Source: Lepidodermella squamata (Eukaryota; Animalia; Gastrotricha). Taken from it: a stretch of 64,000 nucleotides of DNA. A program made the translations under genes and the position numbers. The stretch lies in the NCBI GenBank assembly GCA_047495785.1, contig JBLDXI010000048.1:1116001-1180000 (forward strand), given 5' to 3'. Within the stretch, counting starts at the first letter, position 1, and each line of letters opens with the position of its first letter. The notes beneath the pieces were generated by a model, which did no database searches, was not told the origin of the DNA, and was given only the letters and a program-made list of their open reading frames with translations. This document shows, one piece after another, positions 23,001 to 34,267 of the stretch.

Positions 23001-24254
23001 ATGATGGGATTCGAAGATTGGAAACATTATTGCCAATTTTGCGAAGAAACTTGTGTTCTCACAAAAAGCGGATTTTTAAGCGAATTGGTCCCCTACTTGG
23101 AATCTAAACTATCTGCGGAGGCGACAGTGGTATTGGCGAATCCAGCTTGCGGATGGAAATACCCGCCATCTATGGTTCTCCTCGACTTGCTCCTTACAAA
23201 AAGGGGCCAGGTAATTCACGTGGTCATTCTGCGGCGTTCTCTGTTGAAGGCCAGTTATCACTCGAGAATGACAAAGAATAAAAATGAAGCTGATGCATTG
23301 GTTTCTGGATTGAACGAGACTTTACTGACGCTTGATTCTTCTGGTCGACTTTCATTTCCTATCAAGGTGTTTCTAGCGCGACTTCTCATCCACGTCAAAA
23401 AATTCCATTGCTTGAAAGAATTCATTGATAGAAACATCACAGTTTTGCCCAAATGCCTGTTGCACGATACAATCTTTGAATTATTCGATGGCAATCACTT
23501 TTTCGAGCCGATAGAGTACTATCAAGTTTTTTCAAAGGCTGGAATGTTTAGTTTTGAGTCTGCTCTAACAAGGGGCAATTCGGTTGCTATCATTGCGTCA
23601 GCCGGGTTCCTCGGCCGTTTCCTAGAATTATGCAGTCGAAGTACTTTCATACTCTTCCTTACTCCCACATTTGTCTGTGAAGACGTGATCCGACGCAGGA
23701 GTGTGCAACAAATTCGCATTGTGACCGATTTGATTCCGAAGATTCCAACTGTTGTGAGGTCGCTGATTCCCGACTACGATGAAACTATTCACCGAACGCT
23801 GCTTCGCCGTCATGTCGATGAAGATCGCGACCTTGCGGCTGAGTTTATCGATGCTACGAAGGCTTACACTTACAAATGCACTGATATTTTACCCAAACTA
23901 ATTGCCTGCTTCAGGCAAAATGTCATATTGGTTTTACTGCAAGCAGGATTCAGTATTACGGCTAAGTCGATTTCTGTTATCGATATAGATCCACGTGATA
24001 CGTGGTTCTCGTTTGTGGCTGACCAGCTTTGCCGTGAATATTCACAGACGCACGTCTTGAGCCTTACATCGCGTTGCCGCCAGGTTATCCTCGCCCATCT
24101 TCCGAAAGGCCATTCGAACCGGAAAAAAGCCATCAAATCGCTTGGGATTCCTGATATCCCGAGCGATTTTCTTAACCTTCAAGATATTGCAGACTTGCAC
24201 CGAAATTCGCCACAAATTACAACACCCCATTGCATCGGGCTGGCATATTTTTGA
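23001..24254 (+). CDS. CxxC/SOCS-box family protein 11
   Basis: ATG at 23001; YCQFCEETC, LPKCLL, LLQAG, SLTSRCRQVIL...LGIPDIPSDFL. Confidence 0.85.
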   Translation: MMGFEDWKHYCQFCEETCVLTKSGFLSELVPYLESKLSAEATVVLANPACGWKYPPSMVLLDLLLTKRGQVIHVVILRRSLLKASYHSRMTKNKNEADALVSGLNETLLTLDSSGRLSFPIKVFLARLLIHVKKFHCLKEFIDRNITVLPKCLLHDTIFELFDGNHFFEPIEYYQVFSKAGMFSFESALTRGNSVAIIASAGFLGRFLELCSRSTFILFLTPTFVCEDVIRRRSVQQIRIVTDLIPKIPTVVRSLIPDYDETIHRTLLRRHVDEDRDLAAEFIDATKAYTYKCTDILPKLIACFRQNVILVLLQAGFSITAKSISVIDIDPRDTWFSFVADQLCREYSQTHVLSLTSRCRQVILAHLPKGHSNRKKAIKSLGIPDIPSDFLNLQDIADLHRNSPQITTPHCIGLAYF

Positions 24255-24489
24255 TTGAACATTGAATTCAATGTGACTGACCGGAAATATGAAGAAATCA
24301 GGTGTAAACAATAAAATAAATGTTGAATTTGAAAGCCAGTGAGAGCCTAGCTCTGCTTTTTTCCTCCCTAGATTTCTTATCAATTGCCTAATTAGTATAA
24401 TGTGCGCGAGTTTTGTGGTGGGAAGAAGTATGATAGTACTGACCAGGGCCAGTCAGCATCACCGAGTTGCCGGAGCATCTAGAAGAAGA

Positions 24490-24680
24490 TATCGTTAACG
24501 ACGCGCTAAAACAACCACTAAGATGACTCATTCGATCGTACTTTTAGTCGCCTAGCGTAATGTAATGTAATGTAACGTACGTTAGGCCTTTTGAGCACCG
24601 ATTTTTTCATCTATCGAACGTACTTTCCTCGTAAAATCTATAAATAGTAAAGTGGTTGTTTTGGCGCGTCGCTAACGATA
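24490..24680. mobile_element. Small MITE-like element of about 190 bp
   Basis: A 30-bp inverted repeat (tatcgttaacgacgcgctaaaacaaccact / agtggttgttttggcgcgtcgctaacgata) with an internal (gtaat)n run. Confidence 0.6.
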
Positions 24681-24965
24681 TTACGTTAACGTTGGAAGGC
24701 CGTGTGAAACGACTTTGTCCATCCTGAAAATGTATTATTTATCAAACAATTTGAGGTTGAATTTCCCAATTGAAATGTATTGCGATATGTGGAATTATGG
24801 CAGCCTAATTGTTGCGTTTCTTGTTCAGCTATTTTTCTAGCTATATATCAAGAAAGCTATTTCCTGCTGGAATTCATGCCGTTTATTTTTCTCCTTAAAT
24901 CCTTCCTTAAATCGTTTGATAGGTATTTTTGTTTATTACTTCTGATTTAAATGCAGTGTTAACGA

Positions 24966-26150
24966 ATGGATGGGAATGAAGTTCCGGAATTCGACACGGA
25001 ATTTGCGAAGAAGATATGCAGCAACCTAGAAGACCTGCTAGTTCAATACACCCATGAGAAATATTGGGTTATTCTCGTCGAACACTTTGACGATTCGGAA
25101 TATGATAATGCCAGGGTTGTTCTTGACCTGGACATGGAAAATTTGGGCCTCCCTATTATTGTTAAAATAATGCGCCCTTCTACTCCTGAAGAGCCTTGCG
25201 ACTTCGAGAAGATGGAAGAAGAAGGGGAATTGATGACTGCTCAATTAAGTGAGACTTTATTGGCACTTGATGGTCAGCTTCCTGTCACCCTAATGGTGCT
25301 TTTAGCGCGAATCTTGTATCTACGCGATGCCGTGCACATGCGATCGCTGATTGAGAAAAACGGCGCGATTTTACCAAAAATTGTCTTCTGGGAAGCTTTC
25401 TATTTCGTGTTTGTGTCAGATGTCGAACCGATGGCTACTTATCAAGCTTTTTCTAAGTTGGGCTTTTTCAGCTTTGATTCTGTTGTAAAAAGTAACAATC
25501 ACGACGAAATCAGCGCTATGGCCAGGTATATGGAGCTGTTTTGCTGGGGATGCGCTCGATTCTCGGGTTCATTTCCTTTCTTTTTACTTGATTTGAAATT
25601 GGATGATCGGTCGCTTGAATATATTCGTGTTAAGAGAACTGAAGTTTTGTTAGATTTGATACCGCGAATTCCCCCCGCTGTTTTAACTTCAATGGAAGAG
25701 AGAAGATTCGACGTAACTTTGCTTCATGTGCTGATAGAATGGGACACGTTGAAACATGAGCAACTCATCGCAAATTTCATTGACATTTCAAAGGCTTACA
25801 TTTACGAGACAGTTCTTGTTAACACCGTGAGGCTGGGTGAAGGCGCCGTAACTTTGATGCTACTTCGAGCTGGATGTCCTCTTTCGCTTAACCTCTGCCT
25901 GTCTGCTTTAAAGGAAGGAAGCTATTCTCTATCTTGGACTTTCGCAGCGTTTCTGCAGTTATGCCCGGAGTTTTCGCTTTACCATGGATGGTACTGCACG
26001 CTGAGTCTGACGTCGCTCTGTCGGCAGACCATCCTTGCTCGCCTCCCAATGGGCATTTCTATGCGCCGGAACGCGATAAATCAACTAGGTTTACCGGAAA
26101 TGTTGACGGATTTTCTCAACCTGGGAGATATTGCTGAACTGCTGTTGTAG
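24966..26150 (+). CDS. SOCS-box family protein 12 (no Cys motif)
   Basis: PMATYQAF, LLDLIPRI, LLRAGC, SLTSLCRQTIL...LGLPEMLTDFL. The CxxC motif is absent and LPKI replaces LPKC. Confidence 0.85.
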   Translation: MDGNEVPEFDTEFAKKICSNLEDLLVQYTHEKYWVILVEHFDDSEYDNARVVLDLDMENLGLPIIVKIMRPSTPEEPCDFEKMEEEGELMTAQLSETLLALDGQLPVTLMVLLARILYLRDAVHMRSLIEKNGAILPKIVFWEAFYFVFVSDVEPMATYQAFSKLGFFSFDSVVKSNNHDEISAMARYMELFCWGCARFSGSFPFFLLDLKLDDRSLEYIRVKRTEVLLDLIPRIPPAVLTSMEERRFDVTLLHVLIEWDTLKHEQLIANFIDISKAYIYETVLVNTVRLGEGAVTLMLLRAGCPLSLNLCLSALKEGSYSLSWTFAAFLQLCPEFSLYHGWYCTLSLTSLCRQTILARLPMGISMRRNAINQLGLPEMLTDFLNLGDIAELLL

Positions 26151-26326
26151 CATAAACCTGAGCAATCTATGCATGTCTTGAAACTTTCGCCTTTGTTTTC
26201 GATGTTAGCAAAATTACTCTTATTAGCATGTAATAAAAAACGATAGGATTTCATCTCTTATTTGACAATATCCTTTTGTTTATTTGCATGCTAGATATTG
26301 TTAGATAATATCTCTTTTGATGTAGA

Positions 26327-27592
26327 ATTAAGTATGAAATTTGGAAGCATTATTGCCAGTATTGCGACAAAGCATGCATTCTGGGAAGAGGAAGATTTTC
26401 AAACGAATTGGTGGCCAGCCTAAAAGCCATGCTACCTGAGGAAACTGTATCCGTGGAGCTCAGCAATTTAATTAGCTGCGATAGATTGTACAAGATGGTG
26501 CTCGCCCTCGAGTTGACAGCGAAAGGACGTGTTACCCACGTGGTCATTTTTCAGCGACTTTCTTCCCCGAAGATTCCTTTCGTTTCCTCGATGACTCGCT
26601 TCGACACAGACGAGAGTGAAGAAGAAGTAGATGATATTGTTCATTTGTTGGACAAGAAATTGTCAGCTTTAGACTCTGAAGACAAACTGTCACTACCTCT
26701 GATGGTTTTCCGAGCAAGGCTTCTCATCCATCGCAAACCTTTCAAAGAATTGCGGTCATTTATCGACAAAAACCGCCAAATTTTTCCGAAATGCTTTTTG
26801 GAGGAATTGGCTGTCGATTTATTCCGAAGTGATTCTGACTTAGAGCCAATGGCAAGCTATCAACTCTTTTTAAGGTCTGGAACTTTCGATTTCGAAGCTG
26901 CCATAGCCAGAAAATCCCGAGCCGCCACGATTGCATCAGCTCTGTCCGTCGGACGTTTCATCGAGTCGTGCGCTCATTTGAACACGTTGAAAACTTGCGA
27001 CGAGATGCGACGGAGAAACCGCACTGAAACCATCCAGATTTTGACGGATCTGATTGCTCGAATTCCAAACGGCGTGATGAAACTTGCTGGTGAAACTATG
27101 TATGCTGTGCTATCTCGTCGACTGTTCAAAAAAGATGTTGACCTCGCTGTCGAATTCTGCGACGTCTTGAAGTCTTACACTTACGATCATATACTGTCAG
27201 AAGCAATCTCCGAGGATAGAAAAGCCTTCGCCTTAATGCTGCTGCGAGCTGGTAGTTCTCTCACAGCTAGTTCCAGCTCTCAGATCCTGGCCGATGTTTC
27301 AGCCAAGCAGTCGGCTGAGGACTCCTGCTGGCGTATTTTTGCTGTTGAACAGCTTTTCCGGGGAAGTTCCATCTCAACGGGGACATTTTCATCTGTGAGT
27401 CTTGTGCCTCTATGTCGTCGAAGTATTCTCGCTCAGCTTCCAAGGGGTTTCTCGGTCCGACAGCTGGCAATCAAAATGTTGGGCTTGCCCGATGTACTGA
27501 CAAGTTATCTCAACCTTGAAGATATCGAAGAGCTGCAGCGAAGCCTGGAAACTGCTGGGATATCTGATGACGAAATCGAATATGACTGTTAG
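26327..27592 (+). CDS. CxxC/SOCS-box family protein 13 (start unresolved)
   Basis: The frame is open upstream of the track start and reads IKYEIWKHYCQYCDKAC. The first in-frame ATG is at 26429. SOCS box SLVPLCRRSIL...LGLPDVLTSYL. Confidence 0.75.
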   Translation: MKYEIWKHYCQYCDKACILGRGRFSNELVASLKAMLPEETVSVELSNLISCDRLYKMVLALELTAKGRVTHVVIFQRLSSPKIPFVSSMTRFDTDESEEEVDDIVHLLDKKLSALDSEDKLSLPLMVFRARLLIHRKPFKELRSFIDKNRQIFPKCFLEELAVDLFRSDSDLEPMASYQLFLRSGTFDFEAAIARKSRAATIASALSVGRFIESCAHLNTLKTCDEMRRRNRTETIQILTDLIARIPNGVMKLAGETMYAVLSRRLFKKDVDLAVEFCDVLKSYTYDHILSEAISEDRKAFALMLLRAGSSLTASSSSQILADVSAKQSAEDSCWRIFAVEQLFRGSSISTGTFSSVSLVPLCRRSILAQLPRGFSVRQLAIKMLGLPDVLTSYLNLEDIEELQRSLETAGISDDEIEYDC

Positions 27593-27729
27593 TAAGTGAA
27601 AAGTGGCTAATTCGAATTTTAGCTTTCAATTTGCTATATGTGAGTTATGAGGGAATCAGATTACGAAAGAAACAAATTCACGATGAAGGTGTTACTTTTT
27701 CTGTTTCTTTTTTTCGATAGATTTTTTCT

Positions 27730-29100
27730 ATGTTAAATACCATGTTGTTTACTTTTGATGTTGAAAAATGGCATGTCGATTGTGATTTTTGCGATGCTCT
27801 CTGCGCCAAAATTTCCGATTTGTATCTGCATGAAATGCCTTATGAACTGTCTCGAGTTGTTAAGCTGCTGTATCCACCATTCAGCCGCAATCTTCACGTT
27901 ATTTATGGCGAGATTTCTAAGGAAAATTCAGCCGACAGTCTCGTTCTAACAACGTTGTCGCCCCTGATTTCAGAAAAATGCGTTCGCATTGTCATTCCAT
28001 GCCGTGATTTTGGAGTCTTTAAAACTCAGCTCAAATCAAAAGAGTTGGCTAAAATTGGCGAAATGGTCGAGAAAGCCCTTTCTTCTAAGCTAATTCACCG
28101 CATTTTGAAGCTGAAATGTTTCGACTCACTTACTTTCGTTTGCTTTCATTTGTGCTTGAAATTGAAGGATTTTGATAGTTTACGCTCGATCGTTCCTTTG
28201 ATCGAAAATACTGCGCCAAAATGTCTGCTGTTCAAGGTTTTCCAAACAGTATTTGACTACGAATCAGGGGATAAGTGGCCGCTCTTAACTTACCGAGCTT
28301 TCAGCCAACAAATTCGAACAGAGTTCAACAAAATTATTCCGAGGTCTTTCTATGAAAACGATTTTCTGGGACGTCGCAAATGGCGTACGAGTTTTGGCGA
28401 GGGTATTTCTCGCTTGATTTCAAGCCTTGGGTTGGAGTTCCATTCTATCAAAAGCGATTGCTTCGTTGATATTCAACGTTTCTACGTTCTTATCGATGTT
28501 CTCAATCAGGTGAAGTCCTACGTGAACCTGGCGCCTTATGTCGATAAAATTGAGCCTCAGTTGAAGTTCAGCTCGGCAATTTCTCTCCAATTGGCTCGGC
28601 GTTTTTTCGATGCGGCTCAGGCCTACCGCTACACTAAGGATTTGTTGACAATAAGTTATAACCCACGGGTTTTGTTGCTTTGCTTGCAATCAGGGTGTGA
28701 CATGAAGTTTTTGGATGGCAGGAAATTCTATACGCTCAGCTCTTACCCTGGGCTTTTCCCGTTCTTAGTTGAAATACTGCCGGATAGACGTGATTTGATG
28801 GTTCTTTATCCTGATGAAACTGAATCCCTTCTTCCCTTGAAATTGACCTCACTTTGCCGCAGAAATATTCTACGTTGCCTGCCGCCTGGTTGTCTTGCGA
28901 GGGTTCAAGCGATTCAATCCTTGTATCTGCCGGAGGATGTTGAACAATTTTTGATGCTTAGAGACATGTTTCGCGGAGTCCTGCGGACGGACGGACAGCG
29001 GGTGAGATATTTCAATCGAGCGCGTGCAACGAAGCGCCATAGCGATTTTGCAGTTTCACGACTTCCTTGCAACCAGCTAAACACCTCCCTTGGCTACTGA
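27730..29100 (+). CDS. CxxC/SOCS-box family protein 14 (divergent)
   Basis: DCDFCDALC, APKCLL, CLQSGC, KLTSLCRRNIL...LYLPEDVEQFL. Confidence 0.85.
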   Translation: MLNTMLFTFDVEKWHVDCDFCDALCAKISDLYLHEMPYELSRVVKLLYPPFSRNLHVIYGEISKENSADSLVLTTLSPLISEKCVRIVIPCRDFGVFKTQLKSKELAKIGEMVEKALSSKLIHRILKLKCFDSLTFVCFHLCLKLKDFDSLRSIVPLIENTAPKCLLFKVFQTVFDYESGDKWPLLTYRAFSQQIRTEFNKIIPRSFYENDFLGRRKWRTSFGEGISRLISSLGLEFHSIKSDCFVDIQRFYVLIDVLNQVKSYVNLAPYVDKIEPQLKFSSAISLQLARRFFDAAQAYRYTKDLLTISYNPRVLLLCLQSGCDMKFLDGRKFYTLSSYPGLFPFLVEILPDRRDLMVLYPDETESLLPLKLTSLCRRNILRCLPPGCLARVQAIQSLYLPEDVEQFLMLRDMFRGVLRTDGQRVRYFNRARATKRHSDFAVSRLPCNQLNTSLGY

Positions 29101-29889
29101 AAACACGTTGTTGGTGGATCGAAACTGGTGGCTAAAGAAATTATTTAAAACTTGAGTATTTAAAACAAGCCCACGGTTAACGTTGCCGAACATGTCGAAG
29201 TAATGATCTGACTGCAATTATTTTGTTGTGAAATCTGCGTTAGATTTGGTTTTCTATTGTAGATTATGCCGTAATAATTGAAGATTCCGAGTTTCTTGAA
29301 ACTCGCCTGTCATAATGTCATTATCAGTCTTATTTCATTAGACTGCCCGATAGTCGTTGAAATATTGCTGAATTTGTGATTTAACCGTCTATGACGAATT
29401 TTCTTTGAGAATGGTTTCAGCCTGCACTGTCAACAGATTCTGAGCTAGAAGTCTGCGTACAGCCGGCTCTGTCGACTGCCGAAGTGGCTACGAAAAACGT
29501 CCCGAAGTCATTGACAATACTTGCTGCTCCAGCTTTTGGGAATTTCTCTAATTTCAGCGATTTTGAATTGTTGCTTCCAGCTTCGAAAAACGGGAGTAGT
29601 TAAAAACGGATCCTCCGATCCCTGGTAGAGGGCGGTTCAAACAACGTTGAAGGTTCCAGTAAGATAACTAGCTATGGACTTAAATCGGAAGAACTAATGT
29701 GCAATTCCTTACACTGTGATCAATTTCTGTATAACTGCATTTCCTAGTAAGGGAGATAATTCAAAATATTATTTTTTTTTCGATTGGTGTAGTAACGATC
29801 ATGCTATTCTAACTTGTTTTAGCATTATAGTTATTGGATTGCATTAGAGTTTACCTATTTAAAGAATGAACTATCAGCCACCTGATAAA

Positions 29890-30295
29890 CGAAGCTCATT
29901 GATTAAGGCGGAAAATGCATTGCGACAGGGAGAACTATTTCAGCTCGGAGATGCAAAATTAACTGGCTTGCTCTCCATTTTATCAAGGCCGGGCTGAGAA
30001 TCAAGAAAAGATCTTCTGTGAAACTCGCCGTGCAGAAGGTTGTTGTCCTGCTAGGTGACGCTGAAGAAAACTTCGTTTTCTGGAAATATGTCCGTGAAAA
30101 CGATTCACCGATCAGCCTGATGTCGATCTGCAGGAAAGTTGTACTCAAACGGCTTCCGTTGGGTTTTTATGCCCGAAACCGCACGATTGAAGCTTTCGGC
30201 ATCCTGCGATCATTTCGGAAATCTGCGATCATTTGAAGCCGAAAGAGGTCGACGTCAACGATTCCGCAACGATACCCAAACTCAGCAAATTCTAG
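29890..30295 (+). pseudogene. 3' relic of a SOCS-box family gene
   Basis: LID*...LHFIKAG...PISLMSICRKVVLKRLPLGFYARNRTI. A short duplication of ctgcgatcattt shifts the frame in the cullin box. Confidence 0.7.
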
Positions 30296-31863
30296 ATAAA
30301 ACCTAGGTAATTATTGGACTCCAATGGAGTTGCGTGAACTCTAAAAACTTGGAAAACTTGGAAATGCTGTGATCAAGAAAACTGACGAGATGATGCAAGA
30401 CCTATTTTCTGTAAATAATTTATTGGTTTAGACAGTTAACAGTGACCAGAAGCATGGCTTCCCCGAATGTACGTTATATTCGGAGCTCGGATCCCGTGAA
30501 GCGGATTACTTGGGACGAAAATGCTGGTATTACAGGAATTGCGATGTGGGCGATGTGGAGAAAGGCCTGAGCCATATCTCTTCGATCAAAAAGCTGGGAA
30601 GTTTATGCAAAACGCTAGCTGGATATTTCATGCTTTCAGCTGGAGCATTGTGTGAGCTATGTATCGAAAAACTGTGATAGTGATAGTGATAATTGATGAG
30701 GTTTTGTACGCTACGCAGAGAATGCTTGCAGATATGTCCTGCCACTTCGCGAGCAAATCGAAAGCGTCCGCTTACGTCCGCCGACGACGATGAAGTCACC
30801 CGTAGTCGTCCTCCATGACCGCCTGTCGTCGGGCCCGCTCCCTGTCTTTGTGACTTAGTCCACCCTTTCCCCTTTATTCTTTGTATTCTCCGTCCTTCTC
30901 TTATCCTCTGTTCTGTCTCTGTCCGACTTTCTCTCTATTCCTTCCTTCTGTCTCTGTTTCTTCCTTCTCATCATTCCTGTTCATGCTCTTCTCTTCATTT
31001 CCGTTGCTCTATGTCTTCTGAACTGTTCTAGCACTTTCGTTCACTTTCCTATCTACCCGCACCCGATAACACTTGAGCTTCTGATAAATCCTTCCTTTCT
31101 GCCTCCCCAATAGTGTCATCCGCGAACTGTCTTAGACAATCGCGTGTCCTCTGTGTGCCGGCGCCTGGTCTGACATATGTATTTTCATTGTTATTATTTT
31201 CTGCCTTTAAATTTAATTTGTATGTCAACTAAGGACAAATAAAACAGATTTTCGTTCGTTTTCGTTCGTTCGTAATAATTAATTTGTGTAAAAAAATAAC
31301 TTTTTTAGGTAGTTGTTATTGGACTTACTGGACTGGATTCGCTGTATAATGGAAAGAAAAGCCGCACTCGATTAATCGCCGTAAAATCAAATAAAAAAGC
31401 ATGCGCAATAAGGGAACAATCTCTTATCAATGAATAGTCGCCGCTCCACGCCCCGCTATCAGATCACCTGCTACCTCACCTGTGCGGCCACTCCACCTGC
31501 GGGCGGCGAAAGTGCGTAAGCAATACATTGCAGATTTTTTTCATTGCTTGCGTGCTAGTTCCCGCTTTGCAGCTGGTTACTCATGTGACTCCTATAGAAT
31601 AGAGGTACCCCTCGCTTTTCTCAAGTTCATGATTGCGGTGCTGCCTAACGCTGTTTGTATACGCTCTTTGTACCTACGGTTCCAGCGTTGTCAACGGTCG
31701 CGTTCGTGGTAAGATACCGCACAAGAGAACGTTATAGCGAGAGGAATTAACCAAAAAAAGAACGCTATGCCGCGCCGCTAGCTTTGCAAAACTCGTTTAA
31801 TTATTAGTGGTAAACCTGATGGTTTAATTTCTCGAATTTCTACTTGCTAGAACCCTATAAAAC

Positions 31864-33036
31864 ATGCAAAGACGGGGCATCGCAAAACGGAGGTGCGAAT
31901 TCTGTCGCGGTAATTGCGTCATTTTACAGCCAGATTTTGAAACAAGCTTGATCTCCGACTTGAGTCGCATTTTTGCTGTAAGGGATCCTAATTTAACCAT
32001 TGCCTCCGCTGCGAAATTTTCCACGGAAGCGAGTTGCCTGGTTTCATTACCAATTGGAAGCGGTGGGTTTCTAGCTATTCCGGTCATCGATCGATCCCAG
32101 GAATTGATTGCTTCGGAGGAGAATGCTAACAAACTCATCGGTGCTTTCATGCAGGAATTTTCATCTGGACTTTCCAACTCTGCAACTGCTCTATTTGCTT
32201 GGCTCGTCGTTGAATATGTCGATGTTTTGGCAAAGGTAATTCCTTTTCGAGACATTCTCAACCTGGCTGATTTGTTGATACCAACGTGTTTGCTGGTTGA
32301 AATGGCCTGCAAAGCAGTTGGAAATCTCAAAAATAAAGCTCCATACTATTCATATGATACGTTTTCAATCTGTTGGCTGTTCAATTTCAATCGAGTTGGG
32401 AGTCAGCTAGTCGCGATTTCCAGTTTCCTCGATAGATTTTTACTGGCTTGCACTGCCACATTTCACCTCGTAAATGAGCGAGGTCTACACAAGCCAGAGT
32501 TTTCGCAACGCGTGCGCATTCTGATAGACCTCTTTCCGAAAATTCCCGGAATCATGCGCGGAAAAATGAATGAGTTGCCCACAGCAGTTCGTCAAGTATT
32601 GTTGTATCCTATGTTTGATCATCAAGACCACGGTTTGGTAATAGATTTCATCGACGTTGCGCATGATTTTTGCGACGCACTTCTTCTAACTGAACTTCTG
32701 AGTCGTGGTAAAACTAGCATAGTTGAGTATTTGATTCAGGCTGGATCGGGTTTCCAGCCTCCTGAACAATTCCATGTTCGTTACAGGCATGACAAGGACC
32801 ATTTACGCTCAGCTGAGCTGCTATCGCGAGCTCATCTGGTTTTCTCAAGCAAGGAGACGTTGCTGTCTCGTTGTCGGCAAGAAATCCTGGCTTGTTTGCC
32901 AAGGGGCTATCGAGCTCGAACCAGTGCGATCAAACGGCTTGGCTTGCCGATTGTGTTGAGCGACTATCTCTCACTCCAAGATTTCTTGCAGATCATCAAA
33001 CAGCCCATTGAGTCTAAATGTTTGCATCGCTATTAG
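31864..33036 (+). CDS. CxxC/SOCS-box family protein 16
   Basis: RCEFCRGNC, IPTCLL, ILIDLFPKI, LIQAG, TLLSRCRQEIL...LGLPIVLSDYL. Confidence 0.85.
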   Translation: MQRRGIAKRRCEFCRGNCVILQPDFETSLISDLSRIFAVRDPNLTIASAAKFSTEASCLVSLPIGSGGFLAIPVIDRSQELIASEENANKLIGAFMQEFSSGLSNSATALFAWLVVEYVDVLAKVIPFRDILNLADLLIPTCLLVEMACKAVGNLKNKAPYYSYDTFSICWLFNFNRVGSQLVAISSFLDRFLLACTATFHLVNERGLHKPEFSQRVRILIDLFPKIPGIMRGKMNELPTAVRQVLLYPMFDHQDHGLVIDFIDVAHDFCDALLLTELLSRGKTSIVEYLIQAGSGFQPPEQFHVRYRHDKDHLRSAELLSRAHLVFSSKETLLSRCRQEILACLPRGYRARTSAIKRLGLPIVLSDYLSLQDFLQIIKQPIESKCLHRY

Positions 33037-33196
33037 AATGAGCCATTCGCCTGTTCAAGCTTGCATTCATTTTTTTTTCGAAAACAGAACGTATGCTATG
33101 TGAAATGATGACCTACTGTAATAGTAAAAAAGCGAACTTGAACCGTGTTTTCCTATTAAAGTACCACGAAATTTCATTTGTAGGTAGCTTCAAAGC

Positions 33197-34267
33197 ATGA
33201 CTCCGCCTGAGCATATCGAGTATAATTCCAGCAGTACCGAAATGCGTGAATTTAAGAAAGAACTGGTTAAAACTCTTCAATCGATAATCGACCTAGATTT
33301 GGTTCCTGTAACTGTCATGGCTGCAATTCAAGTCGAAATTTGCGAACATCGAAGAGTGGGCCAACTGTACCGGTTTTGGATGCCGGAAGTCTTGCAGCCC
33401 CATGTGTACCTCATTGCGAATTCCAGCCACCAAATTGACTCCAGTTTTTGCTTTGGCCTTCGGAAATCTGTGAAAATGTGTGCGCTGACGTCGTTCCAAC
33501 ATTTGGCACCGAAGAAGATAGTTCGAATTCTGCGATCCAGCTTGGTCAACAAAGCCTTAACGTCAACTGACTTCAATCCTACCGTTCTTCTCGCGATTTC
33601 AATGTGCATGGAATCATCTGATTGGGCGATGATTCGTAAAATTTTATCAAATTTCGGAAAAATGATCCCGACGTGTATTTTATCACCCCTATTTCACTGT
33701 TCCTTGAAAGCTAAAAATGATGACTATCCAATGAAAACGTTCGAAGTGTTTATGAATGCGTGCACCGATTTCGCTGTTTTAACTTCAGAGATCCATACCC
33801 ACCCTATTGTTCTGCTGTGTTTAACACTTCAGTCATGCGTTATCGATGCTGTTTGTAATAAAAACCGTTTAGGATGTGTTGAGATAGACGGTAAAATCGC
33901 GGTTCTCCTTCGAATCCTTGCCAGCCTCGACTTTTCGAATGCTAAAGTTTCTAAACTGTTTGAACAATTTGAATTCACACTTTTTCTACGCTGGTTAGCC
34001 GAATACTCTGATAAATCGTTGATTGAAGTGTTGGGTGCCATAAATCGCGCAAATTACGATGAAATCGCTTCAGAGGCTATGCTTTTGTCTGCTCAGCCAA
34101 ATAGGCCATCTGGAGACAGTTCGAAATTCGCCAAAGTTGCGCAGGTTCTGAGGCGAATTGAAGCTGAACAGAACCCTCTGGACTGCTCGGAAATGGCTGC
34201 TAAATCAAGCAGTTTCGAACCTATTGATTCGATAGAGACCCCTTGTTTGGATGGTCGAGGCGTTTAA
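33197..34267 (+). CDS. Divergent family-related protein lacking the SOCS box
   Basis: 356-aa ORF. FGKMIPTCIL and YPMKTFEVF match the family core (FGHMIPECYL, PMATYQAF). There is no BC box and no CxxC. Confidence 0.65.
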   Translation: MTPPEHIEYNSSSTEMREFKKELVKTLQSIIDLDLVPVTVMAAIQVEICEHRRVGQLYRFWMPEVLQPHVYLIANSSHQIDSSFCFGLRKSVKMCALTSFQHLAPKKIVRILRSSLVNKALTSTDFNPTVLLAISMCMESSDWAMIRKILSNFGKMIPTCILSPLFHCSLKAKNDDYPMKTFEVFMNACTDFAVLTSEIHTHPIVLLCLTLQSCVIDAVCNKNRLGCVEIDGKIAVLLRILASLDFSNAKVSKLFEQFEFTLFLRWLAEYSDKSLIEVLGAINRANYDEIASEAMLLSAQPNRPSGDSSKFAKVAQVLRRIEAEQNPLDCSEMAAKSSSFEPIDSIETPCLDGRGV

